Shown one piece after another: positions 18,990 through 26,722 of a stretch of DNA of 62,508 bases (position 1 is the stretch's first letter; each line of letters begins with the position of its first letter). The stretch is from Bacillota bacterium (GTDB taxonomy: Bacteria; Bacillota; Sulfobacillia; Sulfobacillales; JAIMBI01): NCBI GenBank assembly GCA_021795575.1, contig JAJYPH010000002.1, positions 1 through 62,508 of the forward strand, given 5' to 3'. The notes under the pieces were generated by a model. That model did no database searches and had not been told where the DNA came from. It saw only the letters and a list, made by a program, of their open reading frames with translations. A program made the translations under genes and the position numbers.

Positions 18990-19550
18990 AACCCTCCGCC
19001 GGCCATTCCCCCGGGGCCCCGCCGCCTCCAGTATGCACCATGGGCCTGATGCGGCACGATGGATCCCCACCAGCCTGGCGCCGCGTGCGGGAGACGGGGA
19101 GGGGGTTCGCAGGGCGGACCCGTGGCACCGCTGGCTGGACCGGCTCACCGCGCTGGTGGGGCACAGCCAAACCCAGCCCAGCAGGCGCCGGACACCGAGC
19201 GGCTGCTGCCCGGGCTGTGCGTTTTGAAGTCGTGGCGCTGGTGTGGTGTCCCGGGCAGCATACCCCCGTGGCACGACCCTGGTGAGACGTGGCGCCCAAG
19301 CGCATTGCTGGCCGGCCCCTTGTCTGTGGACCACTACGAGCGCGTGGATGCACCGGCCGCCACCCCTGACCGTCTAAAGCCGGGTCGCCCGACGTGTCAG
19401 GGCCGGCGAGCCGCCCGCTCCCGCCGGCCGACTCAACTAAGCTGCGTGGGACAGAAACCGGCCCTGACCATCTACGTCTCTGGCCAGCCGCTCACCGCCT
19501 TTCAGAGGTTTGACCAGTCGGACGCCCACGGCCGCGTCGGCAGCACCACA

Positions 19551-20540
19551 CTACCGGCTGAACACCTGCTGCCCGATGCGGGCCACGACGGGCAGCCCCT
19601 CCATCCAACTGTTTTGCGTGAGCGCCGGATTGAAAAAGTACAGGGCCCCGGGGGTGGGGTCCTCGCCGCCCAGCGCCGCCTCCGCCGCCTGGTACGCTTG
19701 CGCGCTGGGGGCCTGCCAGTAGGTGCCGTTCTGCACGGACGCAAACTGCCCCGGGGCAAAGATGACGGCCGCGATCGATTTCGGGAATCCCGGGCTGGCC
19801 ACGCGGTTCAAGACGACGGCCGCCACCGCCACCATCCCCAGGAAAGGCTGGTTCCCCGCCTCCGCCTGCACCAGGTGGGCCAGGTCGGTGAGACTTTGAT
19901 TGGACACGACCGTGGCGGCCGCGGGCGTGGCGCCCGAGGCGGTGGGCACCCACACGGGGGTGCCTACCGTGAGCGGGCGGTTGGCGTTCAACGCGGCCAA
20001 CGTCGCGACCGGCACCCCCAGGGCCGTGGCCACCGCCGGGAGCGTGGTCGCCTCCGTCACGAGAAAGCGTCCGGGAATCACCAGCATCGACCCGGCGTAG
20101 ATGGTGGTGGACGACCCGAGGTGGTTCGCCGCCTGCAGCGCCGCCACGCTCACCCCGTACGTCTTGGCCAGCTGCCACAGGGTGTCGCCCCAGGTCAACC
20201 GGATCTGGGTGGGCTGGGCCACCCACGTCCCCAGCGCGGCGGCGCTGGGCACGGCGGGGGAGGACGGCGGGCTCGCGGCCTCGACCACACGGCCCCCTGT
20301 CACCCCAGTCACCATGGACGCCGTCCACACGATGGCCCCCAGCGACACGATGCGGACCGCCCGCCCCCTCCGGTCCCCCCGGGCCGCCCCTCGACCTTTG
20401 GACACTCTCGCACCCCCCGGCTTCTCCGCTTGGCACTGGGTCGGCATCGAGCCCGGCAGGATCGTATGCGGACAGGCGTCGCCACGTGCCACAAATCGCC
20501 TCTGAAGGGGAGCGCCACCCATGTAGGTCGTGTACTCCAT
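19551..20540 (-). CDS. SleB-like cell-wall (spore cortex-lytic) hydrolase with LysM repeats
   Basis: Two LysM-like segments (WGDTLWQLAKTYGVSVAALQAANHL...GSMLVIP; LPAVATALGVPVATLAALN). The C-terminal Hydrolase_2/SleB domain reads LAHLVQAEAGNQPFLGMVAVAAVVLNRV...PGQFASV. The start is uncertain; a GTG near 20405 has a better SD. Confidence 0.8.
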   Translation of the reverse strand: MEYTTYMGGAPLQRRFVARGDACPHTILPGSMPTQCQAEKPGGARVSKGRGAARGDRRGRAVRIVSLGAIVWTASMVTGVTGGRVVEAASPPSSPAVPSAAALGTWVAQPTQIRLTWGDTLWQLAKTYGVSVAALQAANHLGSSTTIYAGSMLVIPGRFLVTEATTLPAVATALGVPVATLAALNANRPLTVGTPVWVPTASGATPAAATVVSNQSLTDLAHLVQAEAGNQPFLGMVAVAAVVLNRVASPGFPKSIAAVIFAPGQFASVQNGTYWQAPSAQAYQAAEAALGGEDPTPGALYFFNPALTQNSWMEGLPVVARIGQQVFSR

Positions 20541-20654
20541 TAGAGGGAGCCACTGTCAGCTCCCGGTGGTGAATCTACCCGGTGCCCGAGGCACGTATCA
20601 TGCACGGATATGCACGGACGCCGTGCCCGGCGCGCTGGGTGAAGGGGGGATCCG

Positions 20655-21626
20655 ATGGGGGATTTACAACCCGGGCCGTCCACACCGGCAACGTCGGCGG
20701 AGGTGCTGCGCTGGTTGTCAGAGGGCCACGTGAGCACGGTGGAAGCGGTGCGGCAGCTCCGTCGGCTGGAACGCCGCGCGGGACCGGCGGGGCCCGCCCA
20801 CGACCCCGAGGCGCCGACGGAAGGTGCCCTGGTCCAGCTGGATGCGCTGGTGGGGCTCCGGGACGTCAAGCGGCAGGTGCGGGAAATCTGCGCGTTCGTG
20901 GACATTCAGCAGCGGCGCGCCGCCATGCAGCTGGTGGCCGAGCCCCACACGCTGCACATGGTGTTCCGCGGCGCGCCGGGTACGGGCAAAACGACGGTGG
21001 CGCGACTGTTGGGGCAGTTGTTCAGGGACCTGGGCGCCCTCCCGAAGGGACACTTGGTGGAGGTGGAGCGCGCTGACCTCGTGGGCGAATACATCGGGCA
21101 CACTGCCCAGAAGACGCGGGAGGTGGTGCGCCGAGCCCTGGGAGGCGTGCTGTTCATCGACGAGGCGTATGCCCTGGCTCGTGGTGGCGGCAAGGATTTT
21201 GGCAAGGAAGCCATCGACACGCTGGTCAAGGTGATGGAGGACAAAAAGAGCGAGTTCCTCCTGATCCTCGCCGGCTATCCCCGCGAGATGGCGGGGTTCA
21301 TGGAGGCGAACCCGGGGCTGCGCTCGCGGTTCGCGATTCATGTGGACTTTCCCGAGTACCGGCCGGATGAGCTGGCGGCCATTGCCCGACTGATGCTGGC
21401 CGAGCGCCAGTACCGGCTGGCGTCGGATGCCGAAGAACAGCTCGCCAAGGCGCTGGACCGCCGCACGGGCGGGTGGCACGAGAACGCCGGCAACGCCCGC
21501 ATGGTGCGCAACCTGATGGAGCGCGCCATTCGCCGGCAGGCCGTGCGGCTGGTCCAGCACGCCGGGCCGTTGTCTCGGGACGACCTGATGACGCTGGTGG
21601 CTGCCGACCTCGATGAGGTGCGCTGA
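20655..21626 (+). CDS. spoVK: Stage V sporulation protein K-type AAA+ ATPase
   Basis: LVGLRDVKRQVREI..., Walker A GAPGTGKTT, Walker B VLFIDEAY, and LILAGYPREM...NPGLRSRF are typical of SpoVK/CbbX. Confidence 0.9.
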   Translation: MGDLQPGPSTPATSAEVLRWLSEGHVSTVEAVRQLRRLERRAGPAGPAHDPEAPTEGALVQLDALVGLRDVKRQVREICAFVDIQQRRAAMQLVAEPHTLHMVFRGAPGTGKTTVARLLGQLFRDLGALPKGHLVEVERADLVGEYIGHTAQKTREVVRRALGGVLFIDEAYALARGGGKDFGKEAIDTLVKVMEDKKSEFLLILAGYPREMAGFMEANPGLRSRFAIHVDFPEYRPDELAAIARLMLAERQYRLASDAEEQLAKALDRRTGGWHENAGNARMVRNLMERAIRRQAVRLVQHAGPLSRDDLMTLVAADLDEVR

Positions 21627-22222
21627 TGCGCACGGCCGTCGTCGTGGGCGGCGTCAACGTCGGTAAAAGCCTCCTGGTGGTGAATTTTGCGGCGTACTGC
21701 GGCCAGCGTGGCCTCCGATTCCAGCCGCTGGGCCGCGCGGCTGGGCCCCTGCGGCCGTGGTCGCTGGGGGAGGCGCGGCGTCAGCTGGTGTCCGCCGCGC
21801 CCCACGCCATCCTCACCGTCCAGGGAGTGGCCGTGACGTTGCCAGGCAAAGGCGGCCCACGCACCGTGCGGCTCTGGGACACGCCGGGCCTGGTCGCGGG
21901 CGTGGCCAGCGAACCGTCCGTGCGCCGCGCCATGGCGGAGGCGCTGGGCAAGCTGGCAGAAGCCGACCTCATCCTTCACGTGGTGGACGTGGCGCGCCCG
22001 AACTGCTGGGGGGAGGCGGACCACGCGGTGGCGGAATGGCGGGCCGCCCACACGCCTTACGCTGTCGTGGCCAACCAAATGGACCGGCCCGGCGCCCGGG
22101 AGGGTTTGAAGCAGCTGCGTCGGCACGCCGCCGGGCTGCCCGTGCTGCCGGTGTCTGCGCTCACCCAGCAGGGATTCGCGAGCCTGCGGCGTGCCATGGC
22201 GGCCAGTCTGCCCGTGGATTGA
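21626..22222 (+). CDS. Stand-alone small GTP-binding protein
   Basis: G1 GGVNVGKS, G3 WDTPG, G4 NQMD. 198 aa, with the ATG overlapping the spoVK stop (TGATG). Confidence 0.75.
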   Translation: MRTAVVVGGVNVGKSLLVVNFAAYCGQRGLRFQPLGRAAGPLRPWSLGEARRQLVSAAPHAILTVQGVAVTLPGKGGPRTVRLWDTPGLVAGVASEPSVRRAMAEALGKLAEADLILHVVDVARPNCWGEADHAVAEWRAAHTPYAVVANQMDRPGAREGLKQLRRHAAGLPVLPVSALTQQGFASLRRAMAASLPVD

Positions 22223-22236
22223 GCCACACTCCCGCC

Positions 22237-22245
22237 TGCTATACT
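22237..22245 (+). promoter_or_regulatory. Extended -10 promoter element TGCTATACT
   Basis: TGnTATACT lies 29 nt upstream of the ynbB-like start. It is part of a 16-mer (22236-22251) identical to 39227-39242. Confidence 0.5.
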
Positions 22246-22273
22246 CGGGCCAGCGGCAGGAGGAGTGTGGGCC

Positions 22274-23467
22274 TTGACGACGACGATGGTGGCGGCGGCC
22301 GCCGAACACCTGGCAGAGCGGAACCTGGAGCGGGTGCTGGCCGCCTTTCGTGCGGTCCGCCTGTCCGCACCTGATCTCGTGGGCAGCGACGGGTACGGCT
22401 ATGGCGACGTGGGGCGCGACAAGCTGGAACAGGTTTACGCCCGCCTGATGGGCACCGAAGCGGCGCTGGTGCGCCCCCAGTGGGCGTCCGGGACCAGCGC
22501 GCTGTCGTCCATGGTAAGAGCCGTCGTGGATGCGGGCCAGCATGTGGTGACGGTGGGGGCCGTGTATGACACGCTGGCTCCGTTACTGGATCCGTCCGGC
22601 GCCCACCGCGGCAGCGTGGTGCGGCGCGGCGCCCGCGTCACCCGCGTGCCGGTGGGCGACGCGGGCGTGGAGCCCGAGTCCTGGCGGGCGGCGCTGGCCG
22701 ACAGCCCCGACTGGGTGTATCTGCAGCGGTCGCGCGGCTACCAGCGCCGCCCGTCCTGGTCCCGGGACACGCTGCAGACGCTCATGGCCGACGCCCATCG
22801 GGCGGGAGCCGGGGTGCTGGTGGACAACTGCTACGGGGAGTTCACCGACCTGTCTGAGCCCGGTCACTGGGGAGCCGACCTCCTGGCCGGCAGCCTGCTG
22901 AAAAACCCCGGCGGCGGGCTCGCGACCACCGGGGGGTACGTGGCGGGGCGGGCCCGCCTCATCGAGCAGGTGGGCGACGAGCTGAACGCGCCCGGCGTCG
23001 GCGCGGACCTGGGACCCAGCGGACCCTATCTGCGCGGGTTTTGGCAGGGGCTGTTCTATGCGCCCCACGCGGTGGGCGAGGCACTCATCGGCACCGCGGC
23101 CGCCGCACACTTGCTCGCGGCCGCCGGGTACCGGGTGGATCCGCCGGCGGAGACGTGGCCCCGCCACGACATCATCCTCGCCATTGCGCTGGGGGGGCCC
23201 GAGGCGCTCTTGGCGGCGGCGCGCGCCGTCCAGGGCGTGTCGCCAGTGGACGGGCACGTCGTCCCGGAACCTTGGGCCATGCCGGGATATCCCAGTCCCG
23301 TCGTGATGGCGCAGGGGGGATTTGTCCCCGGCGGATCCTTAGAGCTGTCGGCCGACGCGCCCATGCGGCCGCCATGGACCCTCTACCTGCAGGGCGGCGT
23401 CATGCGTCAGCACACCGTACTGGCAGCGCGGGCCATTATCGGGGCGCTGGGCGCCGTCGCCCCTTAG
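22274..23467 (+). CDS. YnbB-like PLP-dependent protein (aluminium-resistance / Met gamma-lyase family)
   Basis: LSAPDLVGSDGYGYGDVGRDKLEQVYARLMGTEAALVRPQWASGTSAL is typical of the family. Start is TTG 22274 after GGAGGAG (alternatives 22265 and 22286). Confidence 0.8.
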   Translation: MTTTMVAAAAEHLAERNLERVLAAFRAVRLSAPDLVGSDGYGYGDVGRDKLEQVYARLMGTEAALVRPQWASGTSALSSMVRAVVDAGQHVVTVGAVYDTLAPLLDPSGAHRGSVVRRGARVTRVPVGDAGVEPESWRAALADSPDWVYLQRSRGYQRRPSWSRDTLQTLMADAHRAGAGVLVDNCYGEFTDLSEPGHWGADLLAGSLLKNPGGGLATTGGYVAGRARLIEQVGDELNAPGVGADLGPSGPYLRGFWQGLFYAPHAVGEALIGTAAAAHLLAAAGYRVDPPAETWPRHDIILAIALGGPEALLAAARAVQGVSPVDGHVVPEPWAMPGYPSPVVMAQGGFVPGGSLELSADAPMRPPWTLYLQGGVMRQHTVLAARAIIGALGAVAP

Positions 23468-24072
23468 GCGTAGCCACGCACGATGCCGACCAACACCCCC
23501 AGAATGCGCACGTCCCGGGCCACGATGGGGGCGTAGCGCGGGTTTTCGGCCAACAGGCGAATGGCGTCCGGGGCGCGCTGGAACCGCTTGAGCGTCGCTT
23601 CCTCGCCCAGGAGCGCCACGACGATCTGACCGTCGTCGGCCGCATCCTGCTGGTGCACGAACGCTAGGTCGCCGTCCAGAATCCCCGCACCCTCCATGCT
23701 GTCCCCGCGCACCCGGAGCGCAAAATCGGGTCGGCCCCCGAACCACGCGCTGGGGGTGTGGGGAATGGGGACCAGTTCCTCCACCTGCTCGTCGGCCAAC
23801 AGGGGCAGACCGGCCGCCACCCGCCCGATGAGCGGTACGCGGTCGGGATCGGTAAAAGCCTCCCGCGGCAGGGAGATGCCGCGGGAGCGTTCGTGCACCC
23901 GGCTGATGCGCCCTTCCTCTTCGAGGCGCCGCAGATAGTACGCGACCGTGGACGTGGACTTTAAGGACACGGCGGCCCCGATCTCCCGCACCGACGGGGG
24001 AAATCCGTGTTCGGCCACGTAGCGGGAGATATACTGAACGATGGCATCGCGTCGGGATGGTCTGGTGGACAT
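23464..24072 (-). CDS. lexA: LexA repressor
   Basis: N-terminal winged HTH (YISRYVAEHGFPPSVREIGAAV), an A-G cleavage region and the S24 peptidase motifs (VRGDSM...; the Lys region is present). Confidence 0.95.
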   Translation of the reverse strand: MSTRPSRRDAIVQYISRYVAEHGFPPSVREIGAAVSLKSTSTVAYYLRRLEEEGRISRVHERSRGISLPREAFTDPDRVPLIGRVAAGLPLLADEQVEELVPIPHTPSAWFGGRPDFALRVRGDSMEGAGILDGDLAFVHQQDAADDGQIVVALLGEEATLKRFQRAPDAIRLLAENPRYAPIVARDVRILGVLVGIVRGYA

Positions 24073-24126
24073 GGTGACCCGTCCTCTCCTGGCTCGACTG
24101 GCCCGGGGTCATCCCGCCAGGCACTG

Positions 24127-24146
24127 TCACGCATCTTTCACGCATC
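24127..24146 (-). promoter_or_regulatory. Tandem direct repeat GATGCGTGA-N2-GATGCGTGA overlapping/downstream of the lexA -10
   Basis: Two perfect 9-mers with an 11-nt period (plus strand TCACGCATC at 24127-24135 and 24138-24146). Confidence 0.4.
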
Positions 24147-24152
24147 ATAGCA
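24144..24152 (-). promoter_or_regulatory. Extended -10 element TGCTATGAT of the lexA promoter
   Basis: The minus strand reads GGTGCTATGATGCGTGAAAGATGCGTGACAG, about 70 nt upstream of the lexA start. Confidence 0.45.
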
Positions 24153-24266
24153 CCGGTAGGCCGTTGCGAACATACAGGCGACACGTTTGAGGAGCCGGTG
24201 CCGCGCGGCACCGGCAGGGCAGGCGAGGAATCAAGGAGTCAAGGCGTCAAAGCGTAGAGGAAGGGA

Positions 24267-25271
24267 GTGGTGGAGGTGTTCCCTCCGCGGCGGGGCGCCC
24301 GGTGGTGGTGGTGGTGGGTGGTGCTGATCGCCGCCGCGGCGGCGGTGGGCCGCGGCAGCGGGTCCGGCCTGGTGGCGGGCATGGCGGCCGCCGTGGCGAC
24401 GCTGGGGGCGGTGGTGGCGGCGGGTCATCAGCTGCGGACGCCCTGGCTGGTGGGCGCCGTCGCGGCGGTGGCCGTTTTTGTCCTGGCCGCCCCCCCGTCG
24501 GCCCCCACCCGTGTGCCGCTGGCCCTCCTGACGGGGGGTCTCGCCGCGCTGGCCGCGGGGTTGGGGGCCCGCCCGGCCACCGACCGGGTGACGCTGGCCG
24601 ACGGGTTCTATGGCGTGGGGCTGATGATTTTGCTGTCGGGGGTGTTCACCGCGGTGGTGCCGCTGCCGTCGCCGTCCCTCAGCACGGCGCACCTGACCAC
24701 CCTGCTGGTTCTGTATCTCATCACGCCGCCGCTGGAAGCCCTTACGGTGCTTTTGGTGCTGGCCCACGCTCCGAAGTTCACGCGCTTTGTCGCGGCCAAC
24801 TACGCCTGGCGGTCCACCTCCTGGCGGGAAATCGGGCAGGGCGTGACGGTGGGCGTTGCCATCATCCTGCTGTCGTCGCTCCTGATCCAAGCCGAAAGTG
24901 TTTGGTTCCGGCTCCCGGTCCATCCCAACAACCCCTTCGTGTACGACCCCCATGCCGCTCACGCGCCGGTGTTGGGGATCGCAGCGCTGGTGCTCGCGGT
25001 GGTCGTCCTGGCCCCGTTGGCCGAGGAGGCGCTGTTTCGCGGCCTGCTGTTTGGTGGCATGGCCGCCCGTTGGGGATTCTGGCCCGCCGCGCTGCTGTCG
25101 GCCGCCATTTTCGGCGGTGCGCACTTGAACCTGTCCCTGTGGCTGCCCCTGTCGGTGGCGGGACTGCTGCTGGCCCTGGTGTATTCCCGCACTCGGTCCC
25201 TGTGGTCGTCTACGGTGGCGCACGCGACGTTAAATGGGGTATCGGTGCTGCTGGCGCTGCTGGTGCGGTGA
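24267..25271 (+). CDS. CPBP-family intramembrane glutamic endopeptidase (CAAX protease/Abi)
   Basis: Polytopic membrane protein with the motifs EEALFRG and FGGAHL...HATLN. The start is uncertain (GTG 24267 or 24276). Confidence 0.8.
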   Translation: MVEVFPPRRGARWWWWWVVLIAAAAAVGRGSGSGLVAGMAAAVATLGAVVAAGHQLRTPWLVGAVAAVAVFVLAAPPSAPTRVPLALLTGGLAALAAGLGARPATDRVTLADGFYGVGLMILLSGVFTAVVPLPSPSLSTAHLTTLLVLYLITPPLEALTVLLVLAHAPKFTRFVAANYAWRSTSWREIGQGVTVGVAIILLSSLLIQAESVWFRLPVHPNNPFVYDPHAAHAPVLGIAALVLAVVVLAPLAEEALFRGLLFGGMAARWGFWPAALLSAAIFGGAHLNLSLWLPLSVAGLLLALVYSRTRSLWSSTVAHATLNGVSVLLALLVR

Positions 25272-25361
25272 GGACTGGTGACGTCCGGGGGGAATACTGC
25301 CGGCGCTCCGCCGCCGGCCGGGTGGGCCTGGCGGCCGCTGAATGTTGCGAGGAGGCGAGCC

Positions 25362-26612
25362 ATGCAGGACAGCACGAATCCATTTCTCAACACCCAGGCG
25401 GCGTTCCAGGACGCCTGCCGCGCCTTGGAACTGCCCGACGCCGTGTATGAGATCCTGAAGGAACCCCGCCGCGTGCTCGAGGCACACCTGCTGGTGCGCC
25501 GGGACGACGGCACGACCGCCAGCTTTCCCGCCTGGCGGTCGCACCACAACAACGCCCGCGGACCGTACAAGGGCGGCATCCGCTTTCACCCCGGCGTCGA
25601 CCAAAACGAGGTGAAGGCCCTGTCCATGTGGATGACCCTGAAGTGCGCGGTCATTGGGATTCCCATGGGCGGGGCCAAGGCGGGGGTCACCGTGGACCCG
25701 TCCACGCTGTCGGCGCGTGAGCTGGAAGCGCTGTCGCGCGAGTTCATCCGAGAGTTTGCCAGCTTCATCGGGGTCGATCGCGACGTCCCGGCGCCGGACG
25801 TGAACACCAACAGTCAAATCATGGCCTGGATGATGGACGAGTACGGCCGGATGCACGATGACGCCGACGTGTTCGGCATCTTCACGGGCAAGCCGATCCC
25901 GCTCGGCGGGTCCGCGGAGCGGACCGAGGCCACGGGCGAAGGGGTGGCGATTGTGACACGGCGCGCCATGGACCGTGTGGGGTTGTCGCCGAGCAGCACG
26001 CGCGTGGCCGTGCAGGGCTACGGCAACGTGGGGGCCCAGACGGCACGCTGGCTGGCCGCGCGTGGCGTGCGGATCGCTGCGGTGAGCGACGTGGGCGGTG
26101 GGGTGTGGCAGGGCGAGGGGCTCGATCTGGACGCGCTGGACCGCTGGGCGGCGGAGCACGGGACCGTGGCCGGATTCCCTGGGGCCGCGCCCCTCACCAA
26201 CAGCGAGCTGCTGACCGCCGATGTGGACGTGCTGGTACCCGCCGCGCTCGAGAACCAAATTACCCGGGCCGTCGCGGCGGAGGTGCGCGCGCGCCTCGTC
26301 GTCGAAGCGGCCAACGGGCCCAGCACGCCCGAGGCGCAGGAGATTTTATTCGCGCGCGGGATTCGCACGGTCCCCGACATCGTGGCGAACCCGGGCGGCG
26401 TCTACGTGTCGTATCTCGAGTGGGCGCAGAATCGCGGGGGGTACTACTGGACCCGCGACGAAGTTTCCTCCCGGCTTGAGCAGGCGATGACGGCGGCCTT
26501 TGACCAGGTGTGGGCGCTGGCCGCCGAGCGGCAGGTCGACCTGCGGCGCGCGGCCTACCGGCTCGCCGTCCAGCGCGTGGCCGAGGCGATGCACCTGCGG
26601 GGGTGGTACTAA
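25362..26612 (+). CDS. gdh: Glutamate dehydrogenase (Glu/Leu/Phe/Val dehydrogenase family)
   Basis: ATG at 25362 after GGAGG. GPYKGGIRFHP and KALSMWMTLKCAVIGIPMGGAKAG motifs, and the Rossmann motif VQGYGNVG. Confidence 0.93.
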   Translation: MQDSTNPFLNTQAAFQDACRALELPDAVYEILKEPRRVLEAHLLVRRDDGTTASFPAWRSHHNNARGPYKGGIRFHPGVDQNEVKALSMWMTLKCAVIGIPMGGAKAGVTVDPSTLSARELEALSREFIREFASFIGVDRDVPAPDVNTNSQIMAWMMDEYGRMHDDADVFGIFTGKPIPLGGSAERTEATGEGVAIVTRRAMDRVGLSPSSTRVAVQGYGNVGAQTARWLAARGVRIAAVSDVGGGVWQGEGLDLDALDRWAAEHGTVAGFPGAAPLTNSELLTADVDVLVPAALENQITRAVAAEVRARLVVEAANGPSTPEAQEILFARGIRTVPDIVANPGGVYVSYLEWAQNRGGYYWTRDEVSSRLEQAMTAAFDQVWALAAERQVDLRRAAYRLAVQRVAEAMHLRGWY

Positions 26613-26646
26613 ACACACGAGATACCTTCCCTCGGCAAATACTGCT

Positions 26647-26675
26647 TTGGTAAACTATTGCCGACGACAGATACT
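26647..26675 (+). promoter_or_regulatory. Sigma-A-type promoter TTGGTA-N17-GATACT for the acyl-CoA dehydrogenase operon
   Basis: -35 at 26647-26652, a 17-nt spacer, -10 at 26670-26675, in a conspicuously AT-richer intergenic patch. Confidence 0.45.
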
Positions 26676-26695
26676 GGCGTCCGGCCGAACCAGCA

Positions 26696-26721
26696 GCAGG
26701 AGGCAGAAGCAGGAGGCAGAA
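26696..26721 (+). repeat. Perfect tandem duplication of a 13-nt SD-containing unit (GCAGGAGGCAGAA x2)
   Basis: 26696-26708 and 26709-26721 are identical. The second AGGAGG lies 6 nt from the GTG at 26723. Confidence 0.9.
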
Positions 26722-26722
26722 G

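Noticed and set aside
19059-20543. 494-aa ORF on the plus strand, plus several 100-470 aa ORFs over 17919-19353.
   Set aside because: The part beyond 19551 is antisense to the well-supported SleB/LysM gene. The part inside the 18990-19550 gap has low-complexity R/P/G composition and no SD. It is kept only as an unexplained gap (see findings).
20600-20619. Tandem 10-mer ATGCACGGAT/ATGCACGGAC upstream of spoVK as a repeat array or operator.
   Set aside because: There are only two imperfect copies and no spacer/repeat architecture. I could not relate it to sigma-E/K promoter consensus with any confidence.
24167-24180. CGAACATACAGGCG upstream of lexA as a Cheo-type LexA box.
   Set aside because: Only the left half-site (CGAAC) is present. 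The right half reads AGGCG instead of GTTCG. No second copy was seen before recA.
24231-25223. 330-aa ORF on the minus strand and a 382-aa ORF on the plus strand (24302-25450).
   Set aside because: Both overlap the CPBP protease frame, which carries the EExxxR and FxxxH motifs. Their products are Arg/Gly/His/Pro-rich artefacts.
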